Source: Rhodospirillales bacterium (lineage in GTDB: Bacteria; Pseudomonadota; Gammaproteobacteria; Steroidobacterales; JAHEKG01). Taken from it: DNA of 64,000 nt. The stretch lies in the NCBI GenBank assembly GCA_024638475.1, contig JAHEKG010000001.1:4504-68503 (forward strand), read 5' to 3'. Shown here piece by piece: positions 18,623 through 29,725 of this stretch; position 1 is the first letter of the stretch; each line of letters opens with the position of its first letter. Under the pieces are notes generated by a model that was not told the DNA's origin, searched no databases, and saw nothing but the letters and a program-made list of their open reading frames with translations. The translations under genes and the position numbers were made by a program.

Positions 18623-18696
18623 TGGGCCCGGTAGGACTTGAACCTACGACCAATGGATTATGAGTCCACTGCTCTAACCAGCTGAGCTACAGGCCC
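18623..18696 (-). tRNA. tRNA with anticodon CAT; elongator type, most similar to tRNA-Ile2 (lysidine) but tRNA-Met not excluded
   Basis: The reverse complement reads GGGCCTGTAGCTCAGCTGGTTAGAGCAGTGGACTCATAATCCATTGGTCGTAGGTTCAAGTCCTACCGGGCCCA. It folds into a cloverleaf with a 7 bp acceptor stem, a D arm GCTC/GAGC, the anticodon loop CTCATAA and a T arm GTAGG-TTCAAGT-CCTAC. The variable and T loops resemble E. coli ileX as I remember it. CCA is not encoded. Confidence 0.9.
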
Positions 18697-18807
18697 CCGC
18701 TTGCCGTGAGTGTAGAGGTTTTTTGCACGCCGCTGAAACCCTTTGGCCTTCGAATGCATCTATATAAGTAATGACGGATCTTTTAATCGGCGCGGGGAGT
18801 TGGGGAG

Positions 18808-19149
18808 ATGCAAGGCATGGCTTTTCGGAGTTTGGCGGTTGCCCTTTCGGCATTGGGAATTGGACTCATTCTAAACTCGATGATCATCGGCGGTATCATT
18901 GCTATAAGCAGCGGAATCGGCCTATGGATGGGGGATTTCCGGCTGCTGCCGGCGAATGAACGGCGCGGCAAGCGACTCGTGGCCAAGGGTTCTCCAGCGC
19001 TGCTGCTGCTGCCCCTCATGCTGGCGGCGGGCAAGATTTATACCGCGACGACGGATTCCCTAGCGGCCCAATACGGATACGCGGAGCAGTGCAACGTAGC
19101 GGCGGACGCGGGGCTGGCCCGCCTCCGAATGCTGATCCGTATGCTGTGA
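18808..19149 (+). CDS. small hypothetical membrane protein
   Basis: A 113 aa protein with two or three hydrophobic segments and a GGGGA ribosome-binding site before the ATG. It lies 13 nt upstream of yqcC. Confidence 0.45.
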   Translation: MQGMAFRSLAVALSALGIGLILNSMIIGGIIAISSGIGLWMGDFRLLPANERRGKRLVAKGSPALLLLPLMLAAGKIYTATTDSLAAQYGYAEQCNVAADAGLARLRMLIRML

Positions 19150-19162
19150 CACAATAGCCGGC

Positions 19163-19531
19163 ATGACCCGTGCCGGCTACTCCAGCGTCGATCACTATCG
19201 TTCGCTGCGCCAGATTCTCGTCAAGATCGAGGCCGAACTCAAGGGCCTTCAGTTGTGGGAAGCCGAGCCGCCGCCGCCCACCGCCCTCGCCAGCACATTG
19301 CCGTTTTGCTACGACACCCTCGGATTGCACCAGTGGCTGCAGTGGCGATTCCTTCCAAAAATGCACCGGATTCTGCTCGGTCACGGCTCGTTGCCGGGGG
19401 AATCCGCTATTTTTCCGTACGCGCTCGACTGTTTTCGGGAATCCGAACAGGACCCTAACGAGCTGCTGTTTCTATTGCGCAGTTTCGACGAGCTGCTCTC
19501 CGGGAAGGAGGATAACTCGACACCACAGTAA
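19163..19531 (+). CDS. yqcC: YqcC (DUF446) family protein
   Basis: 122 aa. The block 'LQLWEAEPP...ALASTLPFCYDTL...QWLQWRFLP' matches the remembered DUF446 signature. Confidence 0.75.
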   Translation: MTRAGYSSVDHYRSLRQILVKIEAELKGLQLWEAEPPPPTALASTLPFCYDTLGLHQWLQWRFLPKMHRILLGHGSLPGESAIFPYALDCFRESEQDPNELLFLLRSFDELLSGKEDNSTPQ

Positions 19532-19622
19532 TTTTTTTTGCGCTAGGCTGGTCCACTAGGCATCAACTCGTTGGTATTAATGGTGAGATAATTCGGCGCT
19601 ACAACTTGCAGGGGAGCAAGAG

Positions 19623-21122
19623 ATGCAACTGATATCCGAGATACTCAATTTCATGGTGCTGCTGTTTGTGTTCGCAGTAGGTATCGGCGTTTTAGTGGTC
19701 ATCATCTTGTTCATTATCGACGTTACCCAGACCAAACAGGCCATCCGCAGAAATTTTCCCGTTATCGGCCGGTTTCGGTATGGGTTCGAGCACATGGGGG
19801 AGTTTTTCCGGCAGTATTTCTTTGCGCTGGATCGCGAGGAGATGCCATTCAATCGGGCTGAGCGCTCCTGGGTTTATCGCGCCGCGAAAGGCGTCGATAC
19901 CACCGTCGCCTTCGGCTCGACGAAGGATCTGCGTCCCACGGGCACGGTTGTTTTCATCAATTGCCCGTATCCGGTATTAGAGAAGGATGTGGCTGACCCG
20001 CAGCCCGTGACGATCGGCCCTTACTGCCAGTCACCCTATACGACGCGGTCTATCTTCAACATCTCGGGCATGAGCTATGGCGCAATTTCCAAGCCGGCCG
20101 TGTTGGCCTTGTCCAACGGGGCGCGGGAAGCCGGCATTTGGATGAACACCGGCGAAGGCGGTTTGTCGCCCTACCATTTGGAGGGGGGCGCCGACATCGT
20201 TTTTCAAATTGGCACGGCGAAATACGGCGTCCGTGACGAGCATGGCGCCCTTAGCGATAGCAAACTCAGGGAAGTCGCGTCCCATGACCAGGTCAAGATG
20301 TTCGAGCTCAAACTCAGCCAAGGCGCAAAACCCGGCAAGGGTGGAATTCTGCCAGGCGCTAAAGTTACGCCGGAAATCTCCGAAATACGGGGTATACCCG
20401 CTGGGAGCGATTCGATCAGCCCCAATCGCCATCCTGAAGTCGACAGCGCCAGCGATCTGTTGGACTTGATCGGTAGAGTCCGCGACGTGACCGGTAAGCC
20501 TACCGGGTTCAAAGCTGTTGTCGGCGCCTATGGCTGGTTGGACGAGTTGTGCGAGGAGATCAATCGGCGCGGGCCCGAAACTGCGCCCGACTTCATTACC
20601 GTCGACAGCGGCGACGGCGGTACCGGGGCGGCGCCGATGCCCCTGATTGACAACGTCGGCCTCGTCGTTCGCGAAAGTTTGCCGCTGGTCGTGGACATTC
20701 TCAAGAAACATGGTTTGCGGGATCGAATCAAAGTTGCCGCGAGCGGAAAAATGATTAACCCCTCGGAAGCCGCCTGGGCATTTTGCGCCGGTGCGGATTT
20801 TGTGAATTCTGCGCGCGGTTTCATGTTCGCACTCGGTTGTATTCAGGCCTTGCAATGCAACAAGAATACCTGCCCCACCGGCATTACGACCCATAACCTG
20901 CGCCTGCAGCGTGGTCTCGACCCGACGAATAAGGCGGAGAGAGTGAAGCGCTACGCCCAACAAATGACTAAGGAGATCGGCGTCATCGCCCATTCTTGTG
21001 GCGTGCGGGAACCGCGATCGTTGAAACGGTTCCATTGCCGAATCGTGACGAATACGGGTAAGTCGGTGCCGCTCAACGAGCTATACCCCGACGTAGAACC
21101 GCATACCAGCGCGGCGGCCTGA
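19623..21122 (+). CDS. FMN-binding glutamate synthase-family protein (GltB domain-2 like) with N-terminal TM anchor
   Basis: A hydrophobic N-terminus is followed by a TIM-barrel region with 'ISGMSYGAIS', 'LKLSQGAKPGKGGILPG' and 'DFITVDSGDGGTGAAP', all typical of the family. Confidence 0.85.
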   Translation: MQLISEILNFMVLLFVFAVGIGVLVVIILFIIDVTQTKQAIRRNFPVIGRFRYGFEHMGEFFRQYFFALDREEMPFNRAERSWVYRAAKGVDTTVAFGSTKDLRPTGTVVFINCPYPVLEKDVADPQPVTIGPYCQSPYTTRSIFNISGMSYGAISKPAVLALSNGAREAGIWMNTGEGGLSPYHLEGGADIVFQIGTAKYGVRDEHGALSDSKLREVASHDQVKMFELKLSQGAKPGKGGILPGAKVTPEISEIRGIPAGSDSISPNRHPEVDSASDLLDLIGRVRDVTGKPTGFKAVVGAYGWLDELCEEINRRGPETAPDFITVDSGDGGTGAAPMPLIDNVGLVVRESLPLVVDILKKHGLRDRIKVAASGKMINPSEAAWAFCAGADFVNSARGFMFALGCIQALQCNKNTCPTGITTHNLRLQRGLDPTNKAERVKRYAQQMTKEIGVIAHSCGVREPRSLKRFHCRIVTNTGKSVPLNELYPDVEPHTSAAA

Positions 21123-21147
21123 GCAGCGGCGCAGACGGAGAATAATC

Positions 21148-22803
21148 ATGAAAGCATCGGACCTGATGGTGAAGTGCCTAGAGGCGGAGGGCATTGAATA
21201 TATCTTCGGAGTGCCTGGTGAGGAGAACGCGGATTTCATGATGTCGTTGGAACATAGCGATTCCATCCGCTTCGTCCTGACCCGCCACGAACAGGGCGCG
21301 GCCTTCATGGCGGAGGTGTATGGCCGGCTCACCGACCATGCGGCTGGCTGCCTCGGTACGCTCGGCCCCGGAGCCACCAACCTCATCACGGGTGTGGCTG
21401 ATTCGAATATGGATCGTGCGCCCATGCTGGTGCTCACCGGCCAAGGCTCGACTCGCCGTTTACACAAAGAGTCTCATCAAATCATGTCCGTCGTCGACAT
21501 GTTCGAGCCCGTTACCAAATGGGCGACGACGGTGCTCAATCCCGACACTATTCCCGAGATCGTTCGCAAGGCGGTCCGGCTCGCGCGTGGAGAGAAACCC
21601 GGTGCGGTGCATATTGAGTTGCCGGAGGATATTGCCAAGGAGGCGACGGATTCCCAGCCGATCGAGCCGATCCGCTACCGCCGGCCCGTCGCGGACGACA
21701 AGATTTGCGACCGCGCGTTTGAGCTGATTCGTAATGCCAAATGCCCCGTCATTCTTGCGGGCAATGGCTGCATTCGGCGTCGTGCCAGCAAACAATTGCG
21801 CACTTTCTGTGAGCAAACCGGAGTAGGGGTTATTTCCACGTTCATGGCGAAGGGCGCCGTGGACATGGATTCCGACTACTGTTTGTACACCGTCGGCTTG
21901 AGCGCCAAAGATTTTCCCGCGTTGGTGATCGACGATGCCGATCTGGTGATTACCATGGGTTTCGACATGGTGGAGTATCACCCGCGTTTGTGGAATCCGA
22001 ACAAAGACAAGACCATTGTGCATGCCGATTTCTTGCCCGCCGAAATCGATGAGTACTATCACCCTAAGGTCGAGTTGGTGGGAGACTTGGCGCATACCCT
22101 GTGGATGTTCAATGAGCGCGTCCGACAAGGCGGGGCGGGTCAATACGACCTGGCCCAGCAGCGCACCATGCGCGCGAAGATGGGCGACGAGCTGGCAGTG
22201 CACGCCGGCGACACCGAGGTTGGGCGCATCCGGCCGCAGAAGGTGCTCTGGGATGCGCGCCAGGTGTTGGGCCAAGACGATATCTTGTTATCGGATGTGG
22301 GGGCGCACAAGATGTGGATTGCTCGCCACTTCCATTGCCACAACCCCAACACTTGCCTGATCCCGAACGGTTTTTGTTCCATGGGTTTTGCCTTGCCCGG
22401 CGCCATTGCCGCGAGCCTCGTGTATCCCGACCGCAAGGTGCTCGGCATCGCCGGTGACGGCGGATTCATGATGAACGTGCAAGAAATGGAAACCGCGCGG
22501 CGTCTGGATAGCAATGTGGTGGTGATGGTGTGGGAGGATGGCGGATACGGGCTGATTGCCTGGAAGCAAGAGACCGAATTCAAGCGTTCCACGGACCTAT
22601 CGTTCGGTAATCCGGACTGGCTGAAGCTTGCGGAGTCTTTTGGCTGGCACGGCCACTACCAAGATGACCCGAGCGCTTTGCAAGACACGCTTCGCGCCGC
22701 CTTTGCCGAAGCCGGGCCGAGTTTGGTGGTGGTGCCCATCGACTACAGAGAAAATCCAAAACTGACCGCGCGTCTGGGCGAGATCGCCCAGCCAATGGCC
22801 TAA
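21148..22803 (+). CDS. thiamine-diphosphate enzyme of the acetolactate-synthase (AlsS-like) / 2-oxoacid decarboxylase family
   Basis: The N-terminal Pyr domain reads 'GIEYIFGVPGEEN...RHEQGAAFMA'. The ThDP-binding motif is 'GDGGFMMNVQEMETA...N'. It is 551 aa and there is no small regulatory subunit gene nearby. Confidence 0.85.
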   Translation: MKASDLMVKCLEAEGIEYIFGVPGEENADFMMSLEHSDSIRFVLTRHEQGAAFMAEVYGRLTDHAAGCLGTLGPGATNLITGVADSNMDRAPMLVLTGQGSTRRLHKESHQIMSVVDMFEPVTKWATTVLNPDTIPEIVRKAVRLARGEKPGAVHIELPEDIAKEATDSQPIEPIRYRRPVADDKICDRAFELIRNAKCPVILAGNGCIRRRASKQLRTFCEQTGVGVISTFMAKGAVDMDSDYCLYTVGLSAKDFPALVIDDADLVITMGFDMVEYHPRLWNPNKDKTIVHADFLPAEIDEYYHPKVELVGDLAHTLWMFNERVRQGGAGQYDLAQQRTMRAKMGDELAVHAGDTEVGRIRPQKVLWDARQVLGQDDILLSDVGAHKMWIARHFHCHNPNTCLIPNGFCSMGFALPGAIAASLVYPDRKVLGIAGDGGFMMNVQEMETARRLDSNVVVMVWEDGGYGLIAWKQETEFKRSTDLSFGNPDWLKLAESFGWHGHYQDDPSALQDTLRAAFAEAGPSLVVVPIDYRENPKLTARLGEIAQPMA

Positions 22804-22807
22804 GGCG

Positions 22808-24253
22808 ATGGGGGAACAACAACCGCTGTTGGTCGTAGGGGCCGCCCCGAGTAGCAAGCGCCTGGTCGTTACGGCGGCGTTTGATGGCGAGCCTATCGCG
22901 GAGCTCGAAACAGCCACGCTGGCCAGCGTCCAGAAGGCGCTCGCGACGGCCTACGCGCTGCATAAGGACCGGCAAGGATGGCTCGAACTGGATCAGCGCG
23001 TTGCCATTCTCGAACGCACAGCGACACTCATGGAAGAACAGAGTGAAGCATTAGCGACCCAAGCGGCGCGGGAAGGCGGCAAGCCGCTCATCGATTCTCG
23101 AGTTGAAGTTGCACGCGCGATCGATGGTGTCAAGATTTGTATCGAAGTGATGCGTGCGGAAGCGGGTCATGTCATCCCCATGGCGACGACAGCGGCCTCA
23201 CGGCAACGCCTGGCATTTACGCGCAGGCAGCCCATCGGCGTTGTCGTCGCCGTGAGCGCTTTCAATCATCCACTCAACTTGATTGTGCATCAGGTCGCCG
23301 CGGCAGTGGCGAGCGGCTGTCCCGTGGTGGTCAAGCCCGCCGACGACACCCCCTTGAGCTGTTACGCATTCGTAAGGTTGTTGCACGAAGCCGGCCTACC
23401 GCCCGAATGGTGCCAGGCGCTGGTCACCGACGAGCTGGCGACGGCACAAGCGTTGGTGACCGACCCGCGAGTGGCATTCTTTACTTTCATCGGCAGTGCC
23501 AAAGTAGGCTGGATGCTACGCAGCCAACTAGCGCCGGGTACCCGCTGCGCCCTCGAGCACGGCGGCGCGGCGCCGGTGATCCTAGAAGACGATGCCGACT
23601 GGGACCTGGCCTTGCCGGCGTTGACGAAGGGCGGCTATTACCATGCCGGGCAGGTCTGCGTGTCCGTGCAACGCGTGTTTGCCCCGGCTGGGCAGGCGAC
23701 GGAATTCGCTGCTGCTTTGGCAAAGCACGCCGGCCAATTACGCATCGGTGACCCCGTCGACGACGACACTGATGTGGGCCCGTTGATTCGGCCGCGAGAG
23801 GTCGAGCGGGTCGCGGCCTGGGTGAATGCGGCGGTGGACGCCGGCGCCCAGCGGGTAGTCGGTGGCGATCCCTTGGGTCCTACGACTTATCCCTGCACCG
23901 TGTTACTCGATCCACCCGCCGATGCCAAAGTCAGCCGCGAGGAAATCTTCGGTCCGGTGGTCTGCGTCTATCCCTATGATGAGGTTGCCGAAGCCTATAC
24001 GTCGGCCAACGATTTGCCGTTCAGTTTTCAAGCGGCGGTATTTACGCGGGACCTCGACAAGGCGCTGGCGGCGTACCAACACCTGGACGCCTCGGCAGTG
24101 ATGGTGAACGACCACACGGCTTTTCGGGTCGATGCGATGCCATTCGCCGGGCTCAGGCAGTCCGGGCTCGGCACCGGGGGTATCCCCTATACGATGGAAG
24201 ACATGACGGTGGAAAAGCTGTTGGTCGTTAAATCCGGTGTGCTAAAGGCATGA
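22808..24253 (+). CDS. aldehyde dehydrogenase family protein
   Basis: Carries the 'ALEHGGAAP' Glu region and the 'GQVCVSVQR' catalytic Cys region, and has a typical length. It begins 4 nt after the upstream stop. Confidence 0.9.
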   Translation: MGEQQPLLVVGAAPSSKRLVVTAAFDGEPIAELETATLASVQKALATAYALHKDRQGWLELDQRVAILERTATLMEEQSEALATQAAREGGKPLIDSRVEVARAIDGVKICIEVMRAEAGHVIPMATTAASRQRLAFTRRQPIGVVVAVSAFNHPLNLIVHQVAAAVASGCPVVVKPADDTPLSCYAFVRLLHEAGLPPEWCQALVTDELATAQALVTDPRVAFFTFIGSAKVGWMLRSQLAPGTRCALEHGGAAPVILEDDADWDLALPALTKGGYYHAGQVCVSVQRVFAPAGQATEFAAALAKHAGQLRIGDPVDDDTDVGPLIRPREVERVAAWVNAAVDAGAQRVVGGDPLGPTTYPCTVLLDPPADAKVSREEIFGPVVCVYPYDEVAEAYTSANDLPFSFQAAVFTRDLDKALAAYQHLDASAVMVNDHTAFRVDAMPFAGLRQSGLGTGGIPYTMEDMTVEKLLVVKSGVLKA

Positions 24254-25983
24254 GCCGGGCGCTGATCGATTTACTCAACCAGTACGCCAACAACCCACGG
24301 CTGGAAGAACTGGCCGTGCCCGTTAGGGGCCATGACGTCATTCGTCATCCGATGCTGAACAAGAGCACGGCGTTTGCCGCCGCGGAACGTATCGCCTTGG
24401 GTTTGGATGGGTTATTGCCCTACCAAAAAAACAGCATCGAGATTCAGGCGCAGCGAAGTTATGAGTCCATGGTGCGCAAGCCGGATCCCCTGGAGCGTTA
24501 CATCGGCTTAGCCGGCTTGCAGGACCGCAACGAGCATCTGTTTTATCGCGTGCTCGTCGACAATTTGGAAGAGTTCATGCCCATCGTCTATACACCGACG
24601 GTGGGTCTTGCGGTACAGCAGTTTAGTCATCACTTTCGCCGCGCGCGCGGGATCTGGGTCACTCCCGCCCACCGGGGGTCCATTGCGCAAGTGCTCAACA
24701 ATGCGGCGCGGGGCTTGGATGTGCGCTTGCTGGTCGTCACGGACAACGAGTCTATCTTGGGTATTGGCGACCAGGGGGCAGGCGGCATCGCTATCGCGAT
24801 CGGCAAGTTAGCCCTATATTGTGCCTGCGCGGGTATTCATCCGGTGATGGCGCTGCCGGTGAGTTTGGATGTGGGTACAGATAACCCGACCCTGTTGGAA
24901 GATCCACTCTACTTGGGCTGGCGCCATGCGCGCCTGCGGGGAGAGGACTATGAGGCCTTGGTCGAAGAGTTCGTAGCCGCGGTCCACGAGGTGTTGCCGA
25001 CGGCAGTCGTGCAATGGGAGGATTTTCGCAAGAACAACGCGCTAATGATTTTGGATCGTTATCGTGATGTAGTGCCTTCGTTCAACGATGACATCCAAGG
25101 CACGGGCGCGATGGCGACCGCGGGCGTGATGTCGGCGCTCCGCGTCACGGAGTCAGGCGTCGCTGAGCAACGCATCGTGATTCACGGCGCCGGCGCTGCC
25201 GGCCTTGGAATCGCTCGGCAATTGAGGGCTGCACTACAGGCTACAGGCATGACGGCTGATGCTGCGCGGCAGGCCATGGCGGTGCTAGATAGCCGCGGTC
25301 TATTGGTAGGGCAAGCGTTCCGTGAAGTCTACAAATGCGAGCTGGCGTGGGACGAGGCTTTTGAAGGCAGTTTGGGTTTGGATGCCGGACATCGCGACCT
25401 ACTCTCGGTCGTGCGCGCCTTCAAGCCCACCGTCCTCATTGGTACTTCGGGCCAACCCGGCGCGTTCAACGAGGCGGTCGTCAAGACAATGTATGAGCAT
25501 TGCTCACGGCCGGTCATCTTGCCGCTCTCCAATCCAACGGACTACACGGAAGCGCGGCCTGCAGATCTCATGGCCTGGACAGAGGGCCAAGCTTTGGTGG
25601 CCACGGGCAGCCCGTTCGAGCCCGTTCAATATCACGGCAAGACGCACCGCATCGGCCAGGGCAACAATGTGTTCGTTTTTCCCGGCATTGGGCTAGGGGC
25701 CCTGGCTGCGAAGGCCAGCGCGATTACCGACGGGATGATTAACGCAGCGGTGATGGCGTTGGCAGAAGCCGTGACCGATGCGGAGTTGGCCGACGGTTTG
25801 CTGTTCCCCGCCACCAGCCGCTTGCGCTCTGTGTCCCGATCAGTCGGGCTGGCAGTAATGGAGCACGCGGTTGCCGAAGGGGTTGCCGACCCGACCATTG
25901 CGGCATTGGACGTCGAAGGGCGTCGCCGACACCTGAGTGACATGATCTGGGAGCCGTATTACCGCCGGTATAGCGCTGGCTGA
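24250..25983 (+). CDS. maeA: NAD(P)-dependent malic enzyme (large, SfcA/MaeA type)
   Basis: Has the malic-enzyme signature 'FNDDIQGTGAMATAG' and the dinucleotide motif 'IHGAGAAGLGIA'. ATGA overlap with the ALDH stop. Confidence 0.9.
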   Translation: MSRALIDLLNQYANNPRLEELAVPVRGHDVIRHPMLNKSTAFAAAERIALGLDGLLPYQKNSIEIQAQRSYESMVRKPDPLERYIGLAGLQDRNEHLFYRVLVDNLEEFMPIVYTPTVGLAVQQFSHHFRRARGIWVTPAHRGSIAQVLNNAARGLDVRLLVVTDNESILGIGDQGAGGIAIAIGKLALYCACAGIHPVMALPVSLDVGTDNPTLLEDPLYLGWRHARLRGEDYEALVEEFVAAVHEVLPTAVVQWEDFRKNNALMILDRYRDVVPSFNDDIQGTGAMATAGVMSALRVTESGVAEQRIVIHGAGAAGLGIARQLRAALQATGMTADAARQAMAVLDSRGLLVGQAFREVYKCELAWDEAFEGSLGLDAGHRDLLSVVRAFKPTVLIGTSGQPGAFNEAVVKTMYEHCSRPVILPLSNPTDYTEARPADLMAWTEGQALVATGSPFEPVQYHGKTHRIGQGNNVFVFPGIGLGALAAKASAITDGMINAAVMALAEAVTDAELADGLLFPATSRLRSVSRSVGLAVMEHAVAEGVADPTIAALDVEGRRRHLSDMIWEPYYRRYSAG

Positions 25984-25995
25984 TCTACAACGGGC

Positions 25996-27819
<1,824 letters not shown>

Positions 27820-27899
27820 ATGTCCTTGCAGTGGGGCAAAACAAACCGCCTATTCTACGGAGATTCTTAGCGTAGTGCTATGAATTAGCCCTGTTTTAG

Positions 27900-29663
27900 T
27901 TAGTCCGGGTCAGGGCCGGCGGAGTTCCCCGGGTCGGAGATAAGTCTATGATATTCCGCTTTTTCCTCCTCAGTCAGCTGGCCGGAGCGGGCGGTCAGCT
28001 CGGCCCGGCGCCGGCGCCGGTGCAGGTCGAGGATCCGTGCCAAACAGTCGTTGAGCACCGCGGTCGCCACGTCCTCCTCGTCCTGCGGGGGGTGGGCCAG
28101 CAGCTTGCCCAGATGGCGGCCGTCGGGGTCATCACGAAAGCGTTCCAACAACCCGGCGGAGTTGATCTGGGGGTGGCTGCGGGTGGTTTCGAGCAGGCGC
28201 AGCAGTAAGCCGGTGCCGGCCAGCGGCACGTTTTCGAGACCCGCCGGGATAGCGGCGTCGGCGGCGCGCTGGGGATAATGCAAGACCAGGCCGATGGCCT
28301 GCCGAACGAGGGTACTGCGACCGGCCAGCGGCAAAGTGCGTGGTGGCTCCGGGCCAGAGGGTTCACCGGTGCCGGGCAGCAGCAAGGCCCCTAGCCGGTC
28401 GGCGGACAAACCCACGGCTTCCGCCAAGGTGTCTAACACCAGGGCCTTGAAGACGCCCTCGGGCACCCGCCGCAATAACGGTCCGGCTAGGGTGGCGAGA
28501 CGGGCGCGCCCATCCGCGCTCTGGTTGTCGACCTGCGCGGCCAAGCTCTTCACCAGAAAGTCGGACAATGATTGGGCGGCGTCCAGCCGGTCTTCGAAAG
28601 CCGCGGCGCCCTCTTGGCGGACGATCGAATCCGGATCTTCTCCTTCGGGCAGAAACAAGAAGCTGAATTCGGCGTTGCCGCCGGCGTGGGGTAGCGCGGT
28701 CTCGAGCGCGCGCCAGGCAGCTTTGCGGCCGGCCCGGTCGCCGTCAAAACAGAAAACCACGCGGGTTGCGAGCCGGGTCAAGCGCAGGATATGGTCCTTG
28801 GTGGTGGCCGTCCCGAGCGTGGCCACCGCGTAGGGAATCCCGTGCTGGGCTAGGCTGGCGACGTCCAAATAACCCTCCACCACTACCATCCGGCTGAGAT
28901 CGGCGCGGCTTTGGCGGGCCTCGTAAAGGCCATAGAGGGCTTGACCCTTGTGGAAAACGGGGGTTTCCGGCGAGTTCAGGTACTTCGGTTCGGCGTCGCC
29001 CAGTACCCGGCCTCCGAAGCCGATGACCCGGCCGCGATGATCGCGGATCGGGAACATGAGGCGATTGCGAAACCGGTCATAGCGCCTGCCCTTGTCGTTT
29101 TCGATCACGAGACCCGCGACTTTCAAGATCTCCGTGCCGTCATTGTCCTCGGTCCCACCACCGAGTTCGCTGATCAGTCCGTCCCAACTATCGGGCGCGA
29201 AACCCATGCCGAACTTGGCCGCGGTGGTGCCGTCGATACCGCGGGCCTTCAGGTAGGCAACCGCCGGCTCATGGGTCTTGAGGTGGGCGCGGAAAATCTG
29301 GTCGGCCTCGGCCAGGACGCTGTAAACCGCAGCGTAGCGTTCTCGGGGGGCTGCTTGCGCGGTCTCCCGCGGCACTTCCAGACCCACCAAGTCGGCGAGA
29401 TTCTCCACGGCCTCGACGAAGCCGAGGTTTTCGTACTCCATGATGAAACCCAAGGCGGTTCCGTGAGCGTTGCAACCGAAACAGTGATAGAAACCCTTGG
29501 CCGGGCTGATCGTAAACGAGGGGGTTTTTTCGCCATGAAACGGGCACAGTGCCTTGAACTCCCTGCCCGCCCGCTTGATTTCTATTCGCGCACCGATGAT
29601 CTCCGCGATATCGGCGCGGGCGATCAACTCATCGATGAAGGCTTCCGGAATGCGTCCAGCCAT
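27900..29663 (-). CDS. dnaG: DNA primase
   Basis: Has the zinc ribbon 'CPFHGEKTPSFTISPAKGFYHCFGCNAHG' and TOPRIM motifs 'VVVEGYLD' and 'FDGDRAGRKAA'. Confidence 0.95.
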   Translation of the reverse strand: MAGRIPEAFIDELIARADIAEIIGARIEIKRAGREFKALCPFHGEKTPSFTISPAKGFYHCFGCNAHGTALGFIMEYENLGFVEAVENLADLVGLEVPRETAQAAPRERYAAVYSVLAEADQIFRAHLKTHEPAVAYLKARGIDGTTAAKFGMGFAPDSWDGLISELGGGTEDNDGTEILKVAGLVIENDKGRRYDRFRNRLMFPIRDHRGRVIGFGGRVLGDAEPKYLNSPETPVFHKGQALYGLYEARQSRADLSRMVVVEGYLDVASLAQHGIPYAVATLGTATTKDHILRLTRLATRVVFCFDGDRAGRKAAWRALETALPHAGGNAEFSFLFLPEGEDPDSIVRQEGAAAFEDRLDAAQSLSDFLVKSLAAQVDNQSADGRARLATLAGPLLRRVPEGVFKALVLDTLAEAVGLSADRLGALLLPGTGEPSGPEPPRTLPLAGRSTLVRQAIGLVLHYPQRAADAAIPAGLENVPLAGTGLLLRLLETTRSHPQINSAGLLERFRDDPDGRHLGKLLAHPPQDEEDVATAVLNDCLARILDLHRRRRRAELTARSGQLTEEEKAEYHRLISDPGNSAGPDPD

Positions 29664-29725
29664 GGTGGTCTTAGTTTAGACGGTGGTCGGGTCAAGCCGC
29701 AGCATAGCGCGCTTAACGGACGGGT

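Noticed and set aside
18375-18653. A 92 aa ORF overlapping the tRNA gene.
   Set aside because: It runs through the tRNA T arm and acceptor stem on the same strand, and it has no ribosome-binding site. The tRNA cloverleaf is unambiguous.
20031-21035. A long antisense ORF (334 aa) opposite the GltS-like gene. Similar shadow ORFs lie at 21460-22275 (-), 39049-39717 (-), 32509-33249 (-), 13201-13875 (+), 10579-11208 (-) and 30383-30937 (-).
   Set aside because: Stop-poor antisense frames are expected in roughly 60% GC DNA. Their translations are Arg/Pro/Gly/Ala-rich and low in complexity. The opposite-strand proteins carry clear family motifs.
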